Below, one piece after another: positions 25,591 through 39,552 of a stretch of 64,000 nt of DNA (its first letter is position 1; each line of letters starts with the position of its first letter). The notes under the pieces are model-generated. The model made no database searches. It saw only the letters and a list, made by a program, of their open reading frames with translations, and was not told where the DNA came from. The stretch is from Octopus vulgaris. Its lineage: Eukaryota. The stretch lies in the NCBI GenBank assembly GCA_951406725.2, contig OX597821.1, positions 76,942,001 to 77,006,000 of the forward strand, given 5' to 3'. Position numbers and translations under genes: made by a program.

Positions 25591-25623
<33 letters not shown>

Positions 25624-26198
25624 ATGTATGTATGTATGTATGTATGTATGTATGTATGTATGTATGTATGTTTAGTTATTTAGAAACCCGACCAGGTATT
25701 GGCCACAATCCGTCTACGTTTCCGCAAACCTTTCATCATATTTCCAAATTGCTGCTGTTGTTATCATTACTTTCGTCACTCGAGTTATTATTATTGCTAT
25801 TGTTGTTATTTTTCCTGTTTTTATTTGTGTCAACATTCAGATTTTTGTTTTCCTTCTATTGTCATCAACGTAGCTTTCCTTTCCTAATTTCATCACTCCG
25901 CTTTTGTTTTCAGAGTTTTTGCCAAGAATATTCTTCTGAACCTCATTTAACTTTGATTATTTTTTTTTTCCACTCTTGTCCATCCGCCTATATAGACCTG
26001 TCACTCATATTATTAGACTCTAGCTTCCATTCTAAATCACAATGTCAGACCAATTTGACTTATTTTGGGGTTTTCCAGCAATTGCTCTCCGCCTCTCATC
26101 GACTCTGGATATGTTCCTTACTGTTTACAGTTAATTGCATGTTGAAATTAAAGATTACTTTTAGTCCTGGACTACAAACAAATTTGGGGTTATAAGCA

Positions 26199-26236
<38 letters not shown>

Positions 26237-26365
26237 TGTGTTCAAGGTTCAACCAAATGGAAGTTATCTATGGCTGTGGTTACCCCACCCGTTAAAAACA
26301 TAGCCTTGAAATAAAGACATAATGGTCACTGTTTGAATAAGGAAAACAAACATTATATACGCAAG

Positions 26366-26423
<58 letters not shown>

Positions 26424-26496
26424 GAGTCCCGGGTCAGCCAGCCTTGATTGAGCAGATTTATAACATTAGTTATTTTAGCATAAATCATCAATCTTG

Positions 26497-26835
26497 GTGA
26501 AGACACACGGCTCAGTGGTTAGAGCAATGGGCTCACAATCAATTAGGTAGTGAGTTCCATTCCTGGACTGGGCTGTTTGTTGTGCTCTTGAGCAAGACAC
26601 TTTATTTCCTGTTGCTCCAGTTCACTCAGCTGTAGAAATGAGTTATGACGTCACAGGTGTCAAGCTCCAATCAGCCTCTTTGCCTTTCCCTTGGATAACA
26701 TCTGTGGCATGAAGAGAGAAGGCTGGTATGGATGGGCAACTGCTAGTCATCCGTAAACAACATTGCCTGGACTTGTGCATCGGAAGGTAACTTTCTAGGT
26801 GCATCCCCATGGTCATTCATGATCGAAAGGGCTCT
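26497..26835 (+). mobile_element. SINE family C variant
   Basis: tRNA-like head and TTGAGCAAGACACTTTATTTC core; homologous to 54990-55305. Confidence 0.85.
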
Positions 26836-27375
26836 CTACTCTTTGCCCAATCAACATTTAAATTTTTTTCTGGCATAATGTATTTACGAGTAAACTGTTC
26901 AATGTGTCCTTCATATTTTTACGATTTTGTAAGAGACTGTGATTTAGGGGGATGTTTTACTATTTCTATCAGTTTCGGTGACTACGTACATGTTCTCCCA
27001 TTCGCCTGACAAGCCCTAGTTTAGTACTTGTGGAGATATGTATGAGAAAGGCCAAACTACGGTCACCCATCTTTCTACGTGTTATTAGTAAAGCGTGCGG
27101 CCATAGAGAGACTTGTTCAGTGTACGAAAAAGTATAGAAAGAAATAAGCGATGTTTCTTGGAATTCTTAACAAAACCATGGAGGAAAGTAACAGATGTTT
27201 TCTTTGTTACCTTCAAGATGTTTAAATCTTCAAAAGTATGCTGGGTTTCTTTTTTATTTAATTAACTCTTTCCTTGTTAACTAATTATATTCGGTAAAAC
27301 AACAGCAACCAACATACTTTTAATGTTTGTATAAACGTTCTTTTAACTTTCACATAAACACAACACATAAACAGG

Positions 27376-27487
<112 letters not shown>

Positions 27488-27523
27488 ATAGATAGACACT
27501 TTTCTACTCTAGCTACAAGGCCC

Positions 27524-27577
<54 letters not shown>

Positions 27578-27636
27578 ATATATATATATATGTATGTGTA
27601 TGTATATGTATGTATGTGCATATATATGTATGTATG

Positions 27637-27698
<62 letters not shown>

Positions 27699-27702
<4 letters not shown>

Positions 27703-28088
27703 ACATAGATATTATATATGCAGCTGTGTGTGTACATATATAGAAATAGAAATATATATATATATATTCATATGTGTTGGCGTGTGTGTGTATATGTGTG
27801 TGTGTGCGTATGTGTGTATGTGCGTATGTGTGAGTGCGTCCGTGTGCGTGTATGCCTATATATAAGTGTATGTATGTGCGTGTGTGTGTGTGTCCGTGTG
27901 CGTGTATGCCTATATATAAATATATATACATACATACATACATACATACGCACACGGACACACACATTCGCACATACACACATACGCACACACACACATA
28001 TATACACACACACACCAACACATATGAATATATATATTTCCATTTCTATATATGTACACACACAGCTGCATATATAATATCTGTTATA
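27699..28088. repeat. Inverted duplication (fold-back) with ~145-bp arms
   Basis: 27699-27850 is the reverse complement of 27946-28088, including non-repetitive words (GATATTATATATGCAGCTG, TTCATATGTGTTGG, GTCCGTGTGCGT). Confidence 0.85.
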
Positions 28089-28096
28089 TACATACA

Positions 28097-28132
<36 letters not shown>

Positions 28133-28691
28133 TGTATGTATGTATGTATGTATGTATGTATGTATGTACGTATGTATGTATGTATGTATGTATGTATTAT
28201 CTGCATTTATACATATATTTACGACACACGCACACATCAAACAACCTATCAATTGCACAAACACAACACACACATATATGCATGCATGCACACACGCGCT
28301 GACAAACAGAGAAACGCAAAGAAATACGTCCTTCGTTAAATAAGAAAAAGGTGACACATCAATAATAACACACAGAAAATTGACCAAACAAATTGTTGAA
28401 CGCTTCTCAGTGTTGTCTGCTCCCCAAACAACATTGCTTCAAGCGAATGTTGCCTTGGATTTAAATACACAAGCGATTGTCTCACTCTGAGATCGCATCT
28501 TAAAAAACATTTCAACACACTATTGTTCGCTTTAAATATTCTTTTCTGATCGGCTTTCATGTGTCTTTTTCTGATAATCGAGCCTCAACATAAACAACTT
28601 CCCACCGTTTCTCGCTGCTGTTGAGCTCAACTTCAAAAACGGCAACACTCTTCTCCTACTCTTCTTCGGACATCTCTCTCTCTCTGAATAA

Positions 28692-28787
<96 letters not shown>

Positions 28788-29073
28788 CAAATACATATAT
28801 ATCCTGATCTGCTCCTATCTCTACCACAGCGACGAAGACAATCACCACCGCCGCCACGGGTACAACCTCCACCACCGCCAAAGAAAATGGTATCATAATG
28901 TTTGTTTTATTTCACTCTCCCGCCGCCACCCTCTCTTTGCTACCATGATGTCGCCACGTGTTTGATACCCCACTGTTTGATATAATGATGAGGAGGAGAC
29001 AACAGTATTAGGAAAACAAACATTGTATACATCTCTCTCTCTCTATCTATCTATCTAGCTAGCTAGCTACCTC

Positions 29074-29137
<64 letters not shown>

Positions 29138-29203
29138 CCCTTCTCTCTCTCTCTGTATATACATACATACATACATACATACATACATACATACATACAT
29201 ACA

Positions 29204-29239
<36 letters not shown>

Positions 29240-29297
29240 TATCTACACATGGAAAAAAGTCAAGGTAGAAAATGCTAATTTTATAAAAAAATCATTT

Positions 29298-29333
29298 CAG
29301 TACCACTTTTTATCATTGAGACTTTTTCAACTG
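29298..29333 (-). ncRNA. Degenerate hammerhead, UUGAAAA (U3-A8) variant
   Basis: CAG-TTGAAAA-a-GTC tcaat GAT-AAAAA-GTGG-TA-CTG; G12 is lost. Confidence 0.4.
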
Positions 29334-29564
29334 TAAGTAAAGAAAGCAATTAATTTTTTCCAAAATCTACTCTCAAGGTTTGGATTAGTCCGACGAAGTA
29401 GAAGATACTTGCCCAAGGTGGTACCCAATGGGACTGAACCCGGAACCATTTGGTTGGGAAGCAAATTTCATTGGTCGGCCTTGTACAAGGAACGTATGTT
29501 CAAAGGCGAAATATGCTCTTTCTAAGAGCTAAGTTTGTCGTTGCTGAAGAAAGGTTCTATCTTT

Positions 29565-29679
29565 GCTACTGCTGCTGCTACTGCTGCTGCTACTGATGCT
29601 GCTGCTGATGATGATTATGATGATGATGGTGGTGGTGAGGATAGTGATGATGATGATGATGACGATGAGGAGAAGGATA

Positions 29680-29739
<60 letters not shown>

Positions 29740-29840
29740 GTGGTGATGATTGCGGCGGTGGCGGCGGCGGCAGCGGCGGTGATGGTGGCGATGGTGTGGT
29801 GGTGGTGGTGGCGGTGGCGGTGGCGGTGATGAAGAAGATG
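29565..29840. repeat. Compound (GCT/GAT/GGC/GGT)n microsatellite
   Basis: Seen directly. Confidence 0.95.
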
Positions 29841-30398
29841 ACATTGTCGGATGTTTTCTTTTGTTTCATTTTGTTTGTCTGTTTGCTTATTTCCAAGTTT
29901 GTCTTGAAAGAAAGAAAGACAATCCAGAGTGGATTAGAAAATAAACATAAGAAAAATAAGAATAAAAAGAAATACGAAAAAAAGAAAAAAGAAAAAGCAG
30001 CTGAACTCATAACATGAACAAAAGCAAGTAATTTACAATAGTAAATATATTTTGCTTTCAGTTAAATAGTAGCTGCTCATTTTACTGCACCGCATAATAA
30101 AACATTAATATTTCGACTTTTGTTAGTCTTCATTGGTCCATGGCGAAAAATAAAAGAAAGAAAGAAAAAGACTGGGTTATGAGAGCAAGCAGAGAGAATG
30201 CATGAAGTGACGTCAGAGACGTCGACTAGTCAGAAGAAAACAAAAAAAAAAAAAAGATATGAAATATAACAAATAAACAAAAAACAATGATTATTTGTGT
30301 GCAAATGTGTGAAATTAGTTTACTAAAACAAAGATGGAGAGCTGTGGTTGTCGTCATCGCCGACGTTGCTGATGTTATAGTTCTTGACGACGACGACG

Positions 30399-30430
<32 letters not shown>

Positions 30431-30539
30431 AGTAATAAGAGGGTTTCTAATACGGACAGACGCCATCGAAATAAAACAACGACAGGGGACTGTAATTAGT
30501 GTAGACGTTAAAAACAAAAACAATAAGATAACAAATAAC

Positions 30540-30588
<49 letters not shown>

Positions 30589-30678
30589 AATAACAATAGC
30601 AACAATAATAATAATCTCAGCATCAACAGCAACAACAATAACAACAACAAGAATAATAATAACAATAATAATAATAAC

Positions 30679-30710
<32 letters not shown>

Positions 30711-30841
30711 TGATGATGATGATAATAATAATAACAATAGCAACAACAATAATAATCTCAGCATCAACAGCAACAACAATAACAACAACAAGAATAATAA
30801 TAACAATAATGATAATAATAACAACAATAATAATAATAATA

Positions 30842-30873
<32 letters not shown>

Positions 30874-31125
30874 AATAATAAAAAATAATAATGATAATAA
30901 TAATAATAATGATAATAATAATAATAATAACAATAATAATAATAATAACAACAACAACAACAACAATAATAATAATAATAATAACAACAACAACAACAAT
31001 AATAATAATAATAATAACACCAACAATAATAATAATAATAATAACAGCAACAACAACAACAGTAATAATAATAATAATAATAATAACAACAACAACGACG
31101 ACGACGACAATAATAATAACAATAA
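30540..31125. repeat. Compound (GAT/AAT/AAC)n microsatellite with an internal ~140-bp duplication
   Basis: The unit AATAGCAACAA..AATCTCAGCATCAACAGCAACAACAATAACAACAACAAG occurs at ~30595 and ~30736. Confidence 0.93.
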
Positions 31126-31307
31126 TGTAGAGTATTGACGCAACCAACGTTAGATAACATGATAGGGTCAGTTGATTGAATTGCTCTGAATTTCTTCGAG
31201 TTTAAGGTGCAGACAGACAGTCGTACAATGTTTACAGTAGAATCAACGAAGGAACGAGAGACTGACTTGTACGCACGCATCATACTTACCAGACCGCTTG
31301 TACTCAT

Positions 31308-31338
<31 letters not shown>

Positions 31339-31406
31339 TACGTATGGTTAGTTATGTTTTATACATATAAACAAATACTTAAACACATGCGTATATCTAC
31401 CTATAC

Positions 31407-31484
<78 letters not shown>

Positions 31485-31495
31485 TTATCTATCCA

Positions 31496-31579
<84 letters not shown>

Positions 31580-31641
31580 ATTGTGTATGTGTGTATGTGT
31601 GTATGTATACACACACACACATCTATCTATCTATCTATATA

Positions 31642-31698
<57 letters not shown>

Positions 31699-31861
31699 AA
31701 TATGTACATGTTTGTATATTTGCTTCTCAGCCACATGGTTCTGGGTTCAGTCCCACTGCGTGGTGCCTGGGGCAAGTGTCTTCTACTATACTCTCAGGCC
31801 AGCCAAAGACTTTTGAATGGATTTGGTAGACAGAAATTGAAAGAAGCACGCTGTATATATA

Positions 31862-32248
31862 AAGCCGTAAGGCTTGATTTCCACACACACGCTTAATTTA
31901 ATTCGTTCTTACTCGAAAGACACCTCTTGTTATGTCCTGTTATCATTTTTATTGTATTTGTGTAACATTGTCCATTTTTTCCCGTCCTTGTTTTTGTATA
32001 CATTCGCTGCTTTCTTCCAAGGGTCTAATGCTCTTAGCTTAGTATTTCCTTGGGGCTGGCCACATCGGAGCAATCACGAGTATAATAGAGCCGAAATTGC
32101 GAAGATAATCTGGTACTCGACCGAGGAAAGAAAACTTCGAACGATCCGTCCTTGGTTTCTTTGTATCGTCTATATGTATGCTTTCTTGTCTCATTTTTGT
32201 ATCAACCAGCTGTCCGGATGTTTTGCGTTCTTGTCCCATTTTGTATTT
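31862..32248 (+). mobile_element. Family F1 element, copy 2
   Basis: Homologous to 400-712; (TA)n on both sides. Confidence 0.75.
32054..32137 (+). ncRNA. Permuted hammerhead-like ribozyme with kink-turn (F1 copy 2)
   Basis: GGCT/AGCC-GAAA; GCAAU/AUUGC; AUC site; CGAGTA/TACTCG; CCGAGGA; K-turn GA/GAA-GA. Confidence 0.65.
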
Positions 32249-32631
32249 ATATATATGTGTATATGTGTGTGTGTGTGTATGTGTGTGTGTTTGTGTGTTG
32301 TGTGTGTATGTGTGTGTGTGTGTCTATATTTGTGACCACCGCTTGACAATCGGTGTTGGTATGTTTATGTCCCTGTAACTTAACGATTCGGCTAAAAAGA
32401 GATCGATGGAATCTCTTAGGAAAAAAACCTACTGGGGTCGATACATTCGACAATAAATCTTTCAGCGCGGTGCCTCAGCATGACCGCAGTCTAATGACTG
32501 AAACGAGTAAGAAATAAAAAATTACACACATATATATATATATAGATATATGTATGTATGTATGTATGTATAACTATATATATATATATATATATATAGT
32601 AGAAATATGTTTTGAAAAAAATATAAAATAC

Positions 32632-32668
<37 letters not shown>

Positions 32669-32789
32669 TATACATATGTATGGGTATAGATTTTTTGCTA
32701 CAATGTACCAAAGCAGAGAATTAAGGTTTCTACATACATACATACATACATACATACATACATACATACATACATACATCACAAGCAAA

Positions 32790-33154
32790 GGAAGCTCTTT
32801 TAGCACCAAGCTGCAACCGAAAATGTTGATTATGTCACATTTCTGCGGAACATATCACACACGTGATAAACAGCTGCGCACAAATGTCAAGGTATTACCT
32901 CCCAATGCGACATGATGCTGTCGCTAAATCAATATACAATGCCATCCGAGAAAAAAAAAGATAATCGCTTTCCTGGGAAAAGATAAAGAAATCTTCCCGT
33001 TGTCGAATACTTGAGTATATAACAGCAAATGGAATATGGTTGGAACATTCCCATTAAAACTTCTGCCAAAAGCAAACATAACGGGACGGATCTCGTTGCT
33101 TTGGAAAAAGTGCGTAACGTCACAGAAGTCAGCTGACCTGATGATGCACATGTA
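32790..33154 (+). mobile_element. R4-like (restriction-like endonuclease) non-LTR retrotransposon fragment, decayed
   Basis: KC*LCHISAEHITHVINSC (CCHC knuckle)..YYLPMRHDAVAK..WNIPIKTSAKSKHNGTDLV..EVS*P. Confidence 0.8.
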
Positions 33155-33390
33155 ACTATTTCTTTATTACCCACAAGGGGCTAAACATAGAGGGGACAAA
33201 CATGGACAGACATAGGTATTAAGTCGATTATATCGACCCCAGTGCTTAACTGGTACTTAATTTCTCGACCCCGAAAGGATGAAAGGCAAAGTCGACCTCG
33301 GTGGAATTTGAACTCACAACGTAACGGCAGCCGAAATACCGCTAAGCATTTCGCCCGACGTGCTAACGATTCTGCCAGCTCGCCGCCTTA
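33155..33390 (-). mobile_element. SINE family A, full length, with 14-bp TSD
   Basis: TSD ATGATGCACATGTA at 33141-33154 and 33391-33404. Confidence 0.93.
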
Positions 33391-33551
33391 ATGATGCACA
33401 TGTACAGTCCAATGTAAATGCTGAAATGTCATCTTTAAGCGGGATAATAAAAATATAGAAGACATTTTTCAAATTTAAAATGTGACACGGTTTTTATTTA
33501 TTTATATTCCAACGATTCAGCTTTTTTTTATATTTGCTAGAAACCAATTCA

Positions 33552-33615
<64 letters not shown>

Positions 33616-33754
33616 ACACACACACATACACACACTCACACACACACATACTCAGTGCTGATTTCGTTCAGGTTCACGGTTGACTGAAGAATTGGTAAAA
33701 TATGCGTATATATATGTAAACACGCGCGCGTGCTAAGATATGTAAATATATACA

Positions 33755-34165
33755 TTCTTTTATTCTTTTACTTGTTTCAGTCATCTAACTGTGGCCATGC
33801 TGGAGCACCGCCTTTAGTCGAACAAATCGACACTAGGACTTATTCTTTGTAAGCCTAGTACTTATTCTATCGGGCCTCTTTCGCCGAACCGCTAATGGTA
33901 GACACGCCACCATCGGTTATCAACCGATGGAAGGGGACAAACACCGACACACACGTACATACATAATACATATATACATAATACATACATACATATATAT
34001 ACGACGGGTTTCTTTCAGTTTCCGTCTACCAAATCCACTCACAAGGCTTTGAGCGGCCCGAAGCTATAATAGAAGACACTTGTCCAACGTGCCACCCAGT
34101 GGGACTGAACCCGGATCCATGTGTTTGGAAAGCAAGCTACTTACCACATAGCCACCTCTGCGCCT
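33755..34165 (-). mobile_element. SINE family B, full length
   Basis: Head, internal microsatellite and 3' part with (AAAGAAT)n tail. Confidence 0.9.
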
Positions 34166-34944
34166 ATATATAAGAGAGAATTATTGATGAGAATGTATAA
34201 CACTATACATTCTGAAATATGTTAATTTATATATATATGTTTTGTTGAACCTCGTCAATCCACTCTAATAAGCCTCGTTATATCCAAACATTTGGAACGC
34301 CTGTCATCTGACTTTGATTGATGCAATATCTTAACGTCTGTATGACCTCAACGAAGTGATACATTTTGAGGATAAAAAGTAAATTCCATTTACTTCCATT
34401 TGGTGGATTCTGAGCGGTCTAGCAAACTTTTTTTCTTCTATTTGTCAAGTAAATAAATTCTGATCAAATAGAAAATAACTGGTAAATATATACAACAAAG
34501 GCTATATTCTATAATTGAACGTCTTAATTTGTAGAGTTCTAAACGAATCTTAACGAAGAAATGTGTATTAAGGAAAATAACTGTTGTACACAATACAGTT
34601 CAATGAAAAAGACTAGGTTCCACGAAAGATATTGAAAAAGTAAAAAAAAAAACAAACCCGAACGAGGAAAAAAGGAAAAATTAGGTAAAAAGAATCTCAT
34701 ATTCGAATAGATTACATCTCTGCACTTACCATCTGCTTGACATTGTACCTCATTTAGTATGGATGCGCTTGGTTACATAATATGAATGTATCAACGTGTT
34801 TAAATGGTTGCAGTGACATTTTCAGAATCAGTCTTTTCTCTGCCGTATAAAGACCACAGCTTTCGTTTCCGCTTGTCAGCGAACCTTTCGTTCTCAACTT
34901 ATTTTCTTTCAAAAAACTAAATGTAATTTGGGAGTGTTGTCGCA

Positions 34945-35130
34945 TTTTATTCTTTTATTCTTTTATTTGCTTCAGTCATTTGACTGCGGCCATGCTGGAG
35001 CACCGCTTTTAGTCGAACAAATCGACACCAGGACTTATTCTTTGTAAGCCTAGTACTTATTCTATCGGGTCTCTTTTGCCGAACCGCTAAGTTACGGGGA
35101 CGTAGATTGAACGCGGAACCATGTGGTTGG
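34945..35130 (-). mobile_element. SINE family B, internally deleted
   Basis: 3' part fused to a head fragment. Confidence 0.85.
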
Positions 35131-35704
35131 TGACGGTAAATCTTATATTTAACGTTCTTTTTGTTACAACACGGAAGAGCTTCAGGGCGTTGTCAACGCT
35201 TCAATCGCTCCAGTTAGCATCTGCCTCATATTCAAAGGCTTCTTTACTGCAGGTTCCATAGAGCTGCATGTGCTGTTATTGCTACTACGTAAGCAATGTA
35301 TAGGCGTAAATATGTACACACACATGAGCAAATAAATATCGACAATTCTTGAAAATATGCAAATGTGTGAAGGAGGGCGCAGACGTGCGAATATGATACT
35401 ATGTATATGTATGGATCTATGTGAGTGGCTCTACGGGGCTATGTGTATGTGTACGTTTATCTACATGCATGAAGTAGTTATGAACATATACGAATAATAC
35501 TAATTTGTGTGTGAATATTTGATGTGTACATACACACACACACACACAAACACAAACACACACAAACACACACACACACACTCACAAACACACACACATA
35601 CATGTGTGCATACGCATTCGCAAAAACATACTAATAAAGGCACGGACACATTTCTCACGTTATCCACACACAGTGGATTGCTAATAATCTCCCGCGCACT
35701 CTTG

Positions 35705-36276
35705 TGAAGACGCGTCGCTTGGCGGTTATAATATTCGGCTCACGACTGTATGGTCTCGCGTTCGGTTCATGGCAGCACGTCGTGTCCTTGAGCAAGACAC
35801 TTTATTTCACATTGCTCCAGTCCATTCAGCCGGCAAAAATGAGTTGTACCAGTAATTCTTATTTCTTTATCGCCCACAAGGGGCTAAACATAGAGGGGAC
35901 AAACAAGGACAGACATAGGTATTAAGTCGATTACATCAACCCCAGTGCGTAACTGGTATTTAATTTATCGATCCCGAAAGGATGAAAGGCAAAGTCGACC
36001 TCGGCGGAATTTGAACTTAGAACGTAACGGCAGACGAAATACGGCTACACATTTCGCCCGGCGTGCTAACGTGTCTGCCAACTCACCGCCTTTTATACCT
36101 GTAATTCAAAGGTTCAGACTTATCGCATTCTGTGTCACACTGAATCTCCCCGGGAACTACGTTAAGGGTACACGTGTCTGTGGAGTGCTCAGCCACTTGC
36201 GCGTTATTTTCAGGCGCAGACTGTTCCATTAATCGGGGCAACTGGAACCCTCGTCGTCGATAGCGACGGAGTGCCA
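35705..36276 (+). mobile_element. SINE family C with a nested antisense family A copy (35860-36091)
   Basis: The family C sequence resumes after 36092; near-duplicated TACC.GTAATTC at both junctions. Confidence 0.85.
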
Positions 36277-36519
36277 GTTTGTTTTCTTTTTTTTTAGCGC
36301 CCTTTAGTTACGATGTAATGTCCTCCACCCAATTCTTAGCCTACATACACGCAATATCAGGCCAGAGTAAATTAGTTTACGGGTACTAATTTGACTCTGG
36401 TGACTACTTACCATATCACCGCCCTGTTTTAAAAAAATATACTATAATCAGACAGCGTATTGAATTTTGTTTATTTACATATTCACATTTCAAAGTATAT
36501 TATTATTATTATTATTATT

Positions 36520-36608
<89 letters not shown>

Positions 36609-36731
36609 CATTGTTTACGTCGGCCTTGTTATTGTTGTTGTTGTTGTTGCTGTCATTATGGCTAACAGGCAGATTTTCATAACATTACATTTAAAAATTT
36701 GTTTTGAAGTTTATAATTGTAATAGGATTCA

Positions 36732-37120
36732 AGGCAGCGAATTAGCAGAGTCGTTAGCACGCCGGGCGCAAATGCATCGCGGTATTTCGTCTGCCGCTAC
36801 GTTCTGAGTTCAAATTCCGCCAAGGTCAACTTTGCCTTTCATCCCTTCGGGGTCGATTAAATAAGTACCAGTTACTGGGGTCGATATAATCGACTTAATC
36901 CGTTTGTCTGTCCTTGTTTGTCCTCTCTGTGTTTAGCCCGTTGTGGGTAGTAAAGAAATAGATATTTCATCTGTCTTTATGTTCTGAGTTCAAATTCCGC
37001 CGAAGTCGACTTTGCTTTTCATCCTTTCAGGGCCGATAAAACAAATACTAGTTGAACACTGGGGTCGATGTAATCGACTTTACCCCATCCCTCAAACTTA
37101 ACGGCCTTGTGCCAATATTG
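36732..37120 (+). mobile_element. SINE family A, dimeric
   Basis: Consensus match with a second central domain. Confidence 0.9.
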
Positions 37121-39552
37121 TAATAAGATTTAGAGACTGAAATACCTTCACAGATGCATCTGTCTCTCTCAAGCCTACGGGCCTCTTTATCCCAACAACC
37201 TTACAATACTACCTCACCCCCCAGCAGGTGTCAGTGTCGGCCACTTTGAGAAGTAATTACATAGAGTCTGTCAGGAGAATTGGTAGCGGTTCATCTGCGA
37301 CTGTTTGATTCTTGCCATGAATAAGAGGTTAGTTCTGGTTCTTAAAATCTTGTATTACGAAACATATTCTGCATACGGTTTCGGCAGGCCTATGAATGCC
37401 TTGGGCACAAGTCCTTCCGTCAGGCCAAACCAATAAAGAAAGACATCGGTCTACACACACATACACACACACAAGCAGCACTGGGTTACATTTGGTAAGG
37501 CATTAAGCTATATATTAGCTTAGAGGTTCTTAGATAAAAAGAAATATGCCAAAAGTCTCGCAAAAATTAGAAACAAATGTCTATGTCTTGAAGAACCCGT
37601 GAAACCTTAAGTTTGAGCTTGCTCAACTTATGTTTAAATCCAGTATGGAGTATAAGAACACGCATCCGAATACCTACACACCAAAGTGGTTAATTTCAAA
37701 ACGTCCATATGTATGTACACACACACACACGCACGCATATCCGTAAACACCCACACAATGGTAAGTCAAACAACACACGCATGGCTAGACATATATAACA
37801 ATGGAATCATATTATGGCACAAGGACAGCGATGAATGGAGTTAAGCCGGTTACTAGTTCTTCTTTTATCGATCCCTGAAGGAGGAAAAGCAAGGACGAAC
37901 TCGGTGGTGTTTGAACTCAGCGCATAGAGAGCCAGGAGAAATACCGCTAAGCTTCTAGTCCGACTTGCTAATGATTCAGACAGTCCACCGCCATGGGGGA
38001 AGGGGGTGAGTCGATTACATCGACTCCCAGTGCCTAACTGGTACTTATCTTATTGACCCCGAACGGATGAAAGACATAGTTGGCCTCGGTGGAATTTGAA
38101 CTCAGAGCGTATGGACAGACGAAATGCCGCTAAGCCTTTTGTCCAGCGTGCTAACGTTTCTGCCAGCTCGCCGCTTTACAGGCATTCATAACAATGAAAA
38201 CTCAAATTGGTTACACTCTCTGCAAGAAATAGCTCACAGAAAATGCTTGAAAGAACAGACAACAAATAAAGGACACATTGCAAAGTTGTGTTGGTTACAA
38301 CTGGAATGACTTTGATAATAAGACTGATTCATTCGTGTTTGTCTGAGTTAACCGACAATGGTTTAAACCCTATACCATCGCTTGACCTGCTACAATTAGC
38401 AAATGATACCCGACCGTCAAATCATATACCGACTACTTAAAACAGCAGTTTCCTAGACTAATGTAGGGTGGATTGGCGGTGGTGGCACGTGGCTTAGTGG
38501 TCAGGTTATTCGGCTCATGATGGTTAGGTCGTGAGTTCGATTCTTGGCGGCGTGTTGTGCTTTTTGAGTAAGATACTTTATTTCACGTTGCTCGGCTCTA
38601 CTCGGCTGATAAACATGAGTTGTAGCTGTTATTCAAAGGGCCAGCCTTGTCGCACTCTATGTCGCGCTGGATTTCCCTGATAACTACATTAAGGGTCTGC
38701 GTGTCTGTGGAGAGGTCAGCCTCTTGCACGTTAATTTCACGAGCAGGCCGTTTGGTTGATCCGATCAACTGGAACCCTCGTAGTCGCAACCGACGGAGTA
38801 CCCGTTAGTGGTGGAGGATGAAAAATTTGAAAAAACGAAGGATAATCGTTATGCTTAATGAAGACCAACTTTAAGTTTTTAAACTTGTCCAACCCATAAC
38901 GATGGCGAAGAACTATGTTCATGCAAATTCTGTTTTGATTTTCTCCTCATCAATAGAAAGATGACATTGCAAGCGAAGTGGACGATGGAATTTCTCAGTT
39001 GAAGAACCACTGATGTAGTCTTCGTAATGGGTGTTTTTAAATTTCGTCTTTTAAAACAAGAATTAATGGCATAGCCATTTATGGATTGCATTTGGTGACT
39101 AGTCTCTTCGATCAAGACTGACACCACAGCAATAAAAACATCAATAACCTATATGCCCATACACCAAATTATAATTATTTTATTTAAATATAATATTTAA
39201 ACCAATTGTTTGGAAAACAACCACACTCTTTATACTAACAAAACTAAATCATTTTTGATAATTTTAATCCCATATATTATTCCTAAAAATTGAAAATTTT
39301 TCGTGCAGTCTAGACCACAAAAAGATACACTATATGTATACGTATATATATATCTATATCCATATTATATGTATACTTATATATATGTACACTATATGTA
39401 TACGTATATATATATCTATATCTATACTATATGTATACTTATATATATTTATGTAACGGGAAGGTTTACGAAAATAAACAAAAGACGAAGGCAGGTGGAG
39501 TACAAACAAACAAATGTATTAGTATGGCGCTCAGGAATAGAAATAGAACAAG

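Larger units (their letters stand above)
31720..32515 (+). mobile_element. SINE family B interrupted by an F1 element
   Basis: Head at 31720-31858 and 3' part at 32335-32515; F1 sits in the internal TA/TG tract. Confidence 0.78.

Noticed and set aside
28336-28560. 74-aa ORF with a hydrophobic C-terminus
   Set aside because: No recognisable homology or convincing splice sites; may be untranslated sequence.
34724-34945. Minus-strand exon ending at a perfect G|GTAAGT donor (34730)
   Set aside because: Stops in all three frames and no clear acceptor; could be a UTR exon but unsupported.
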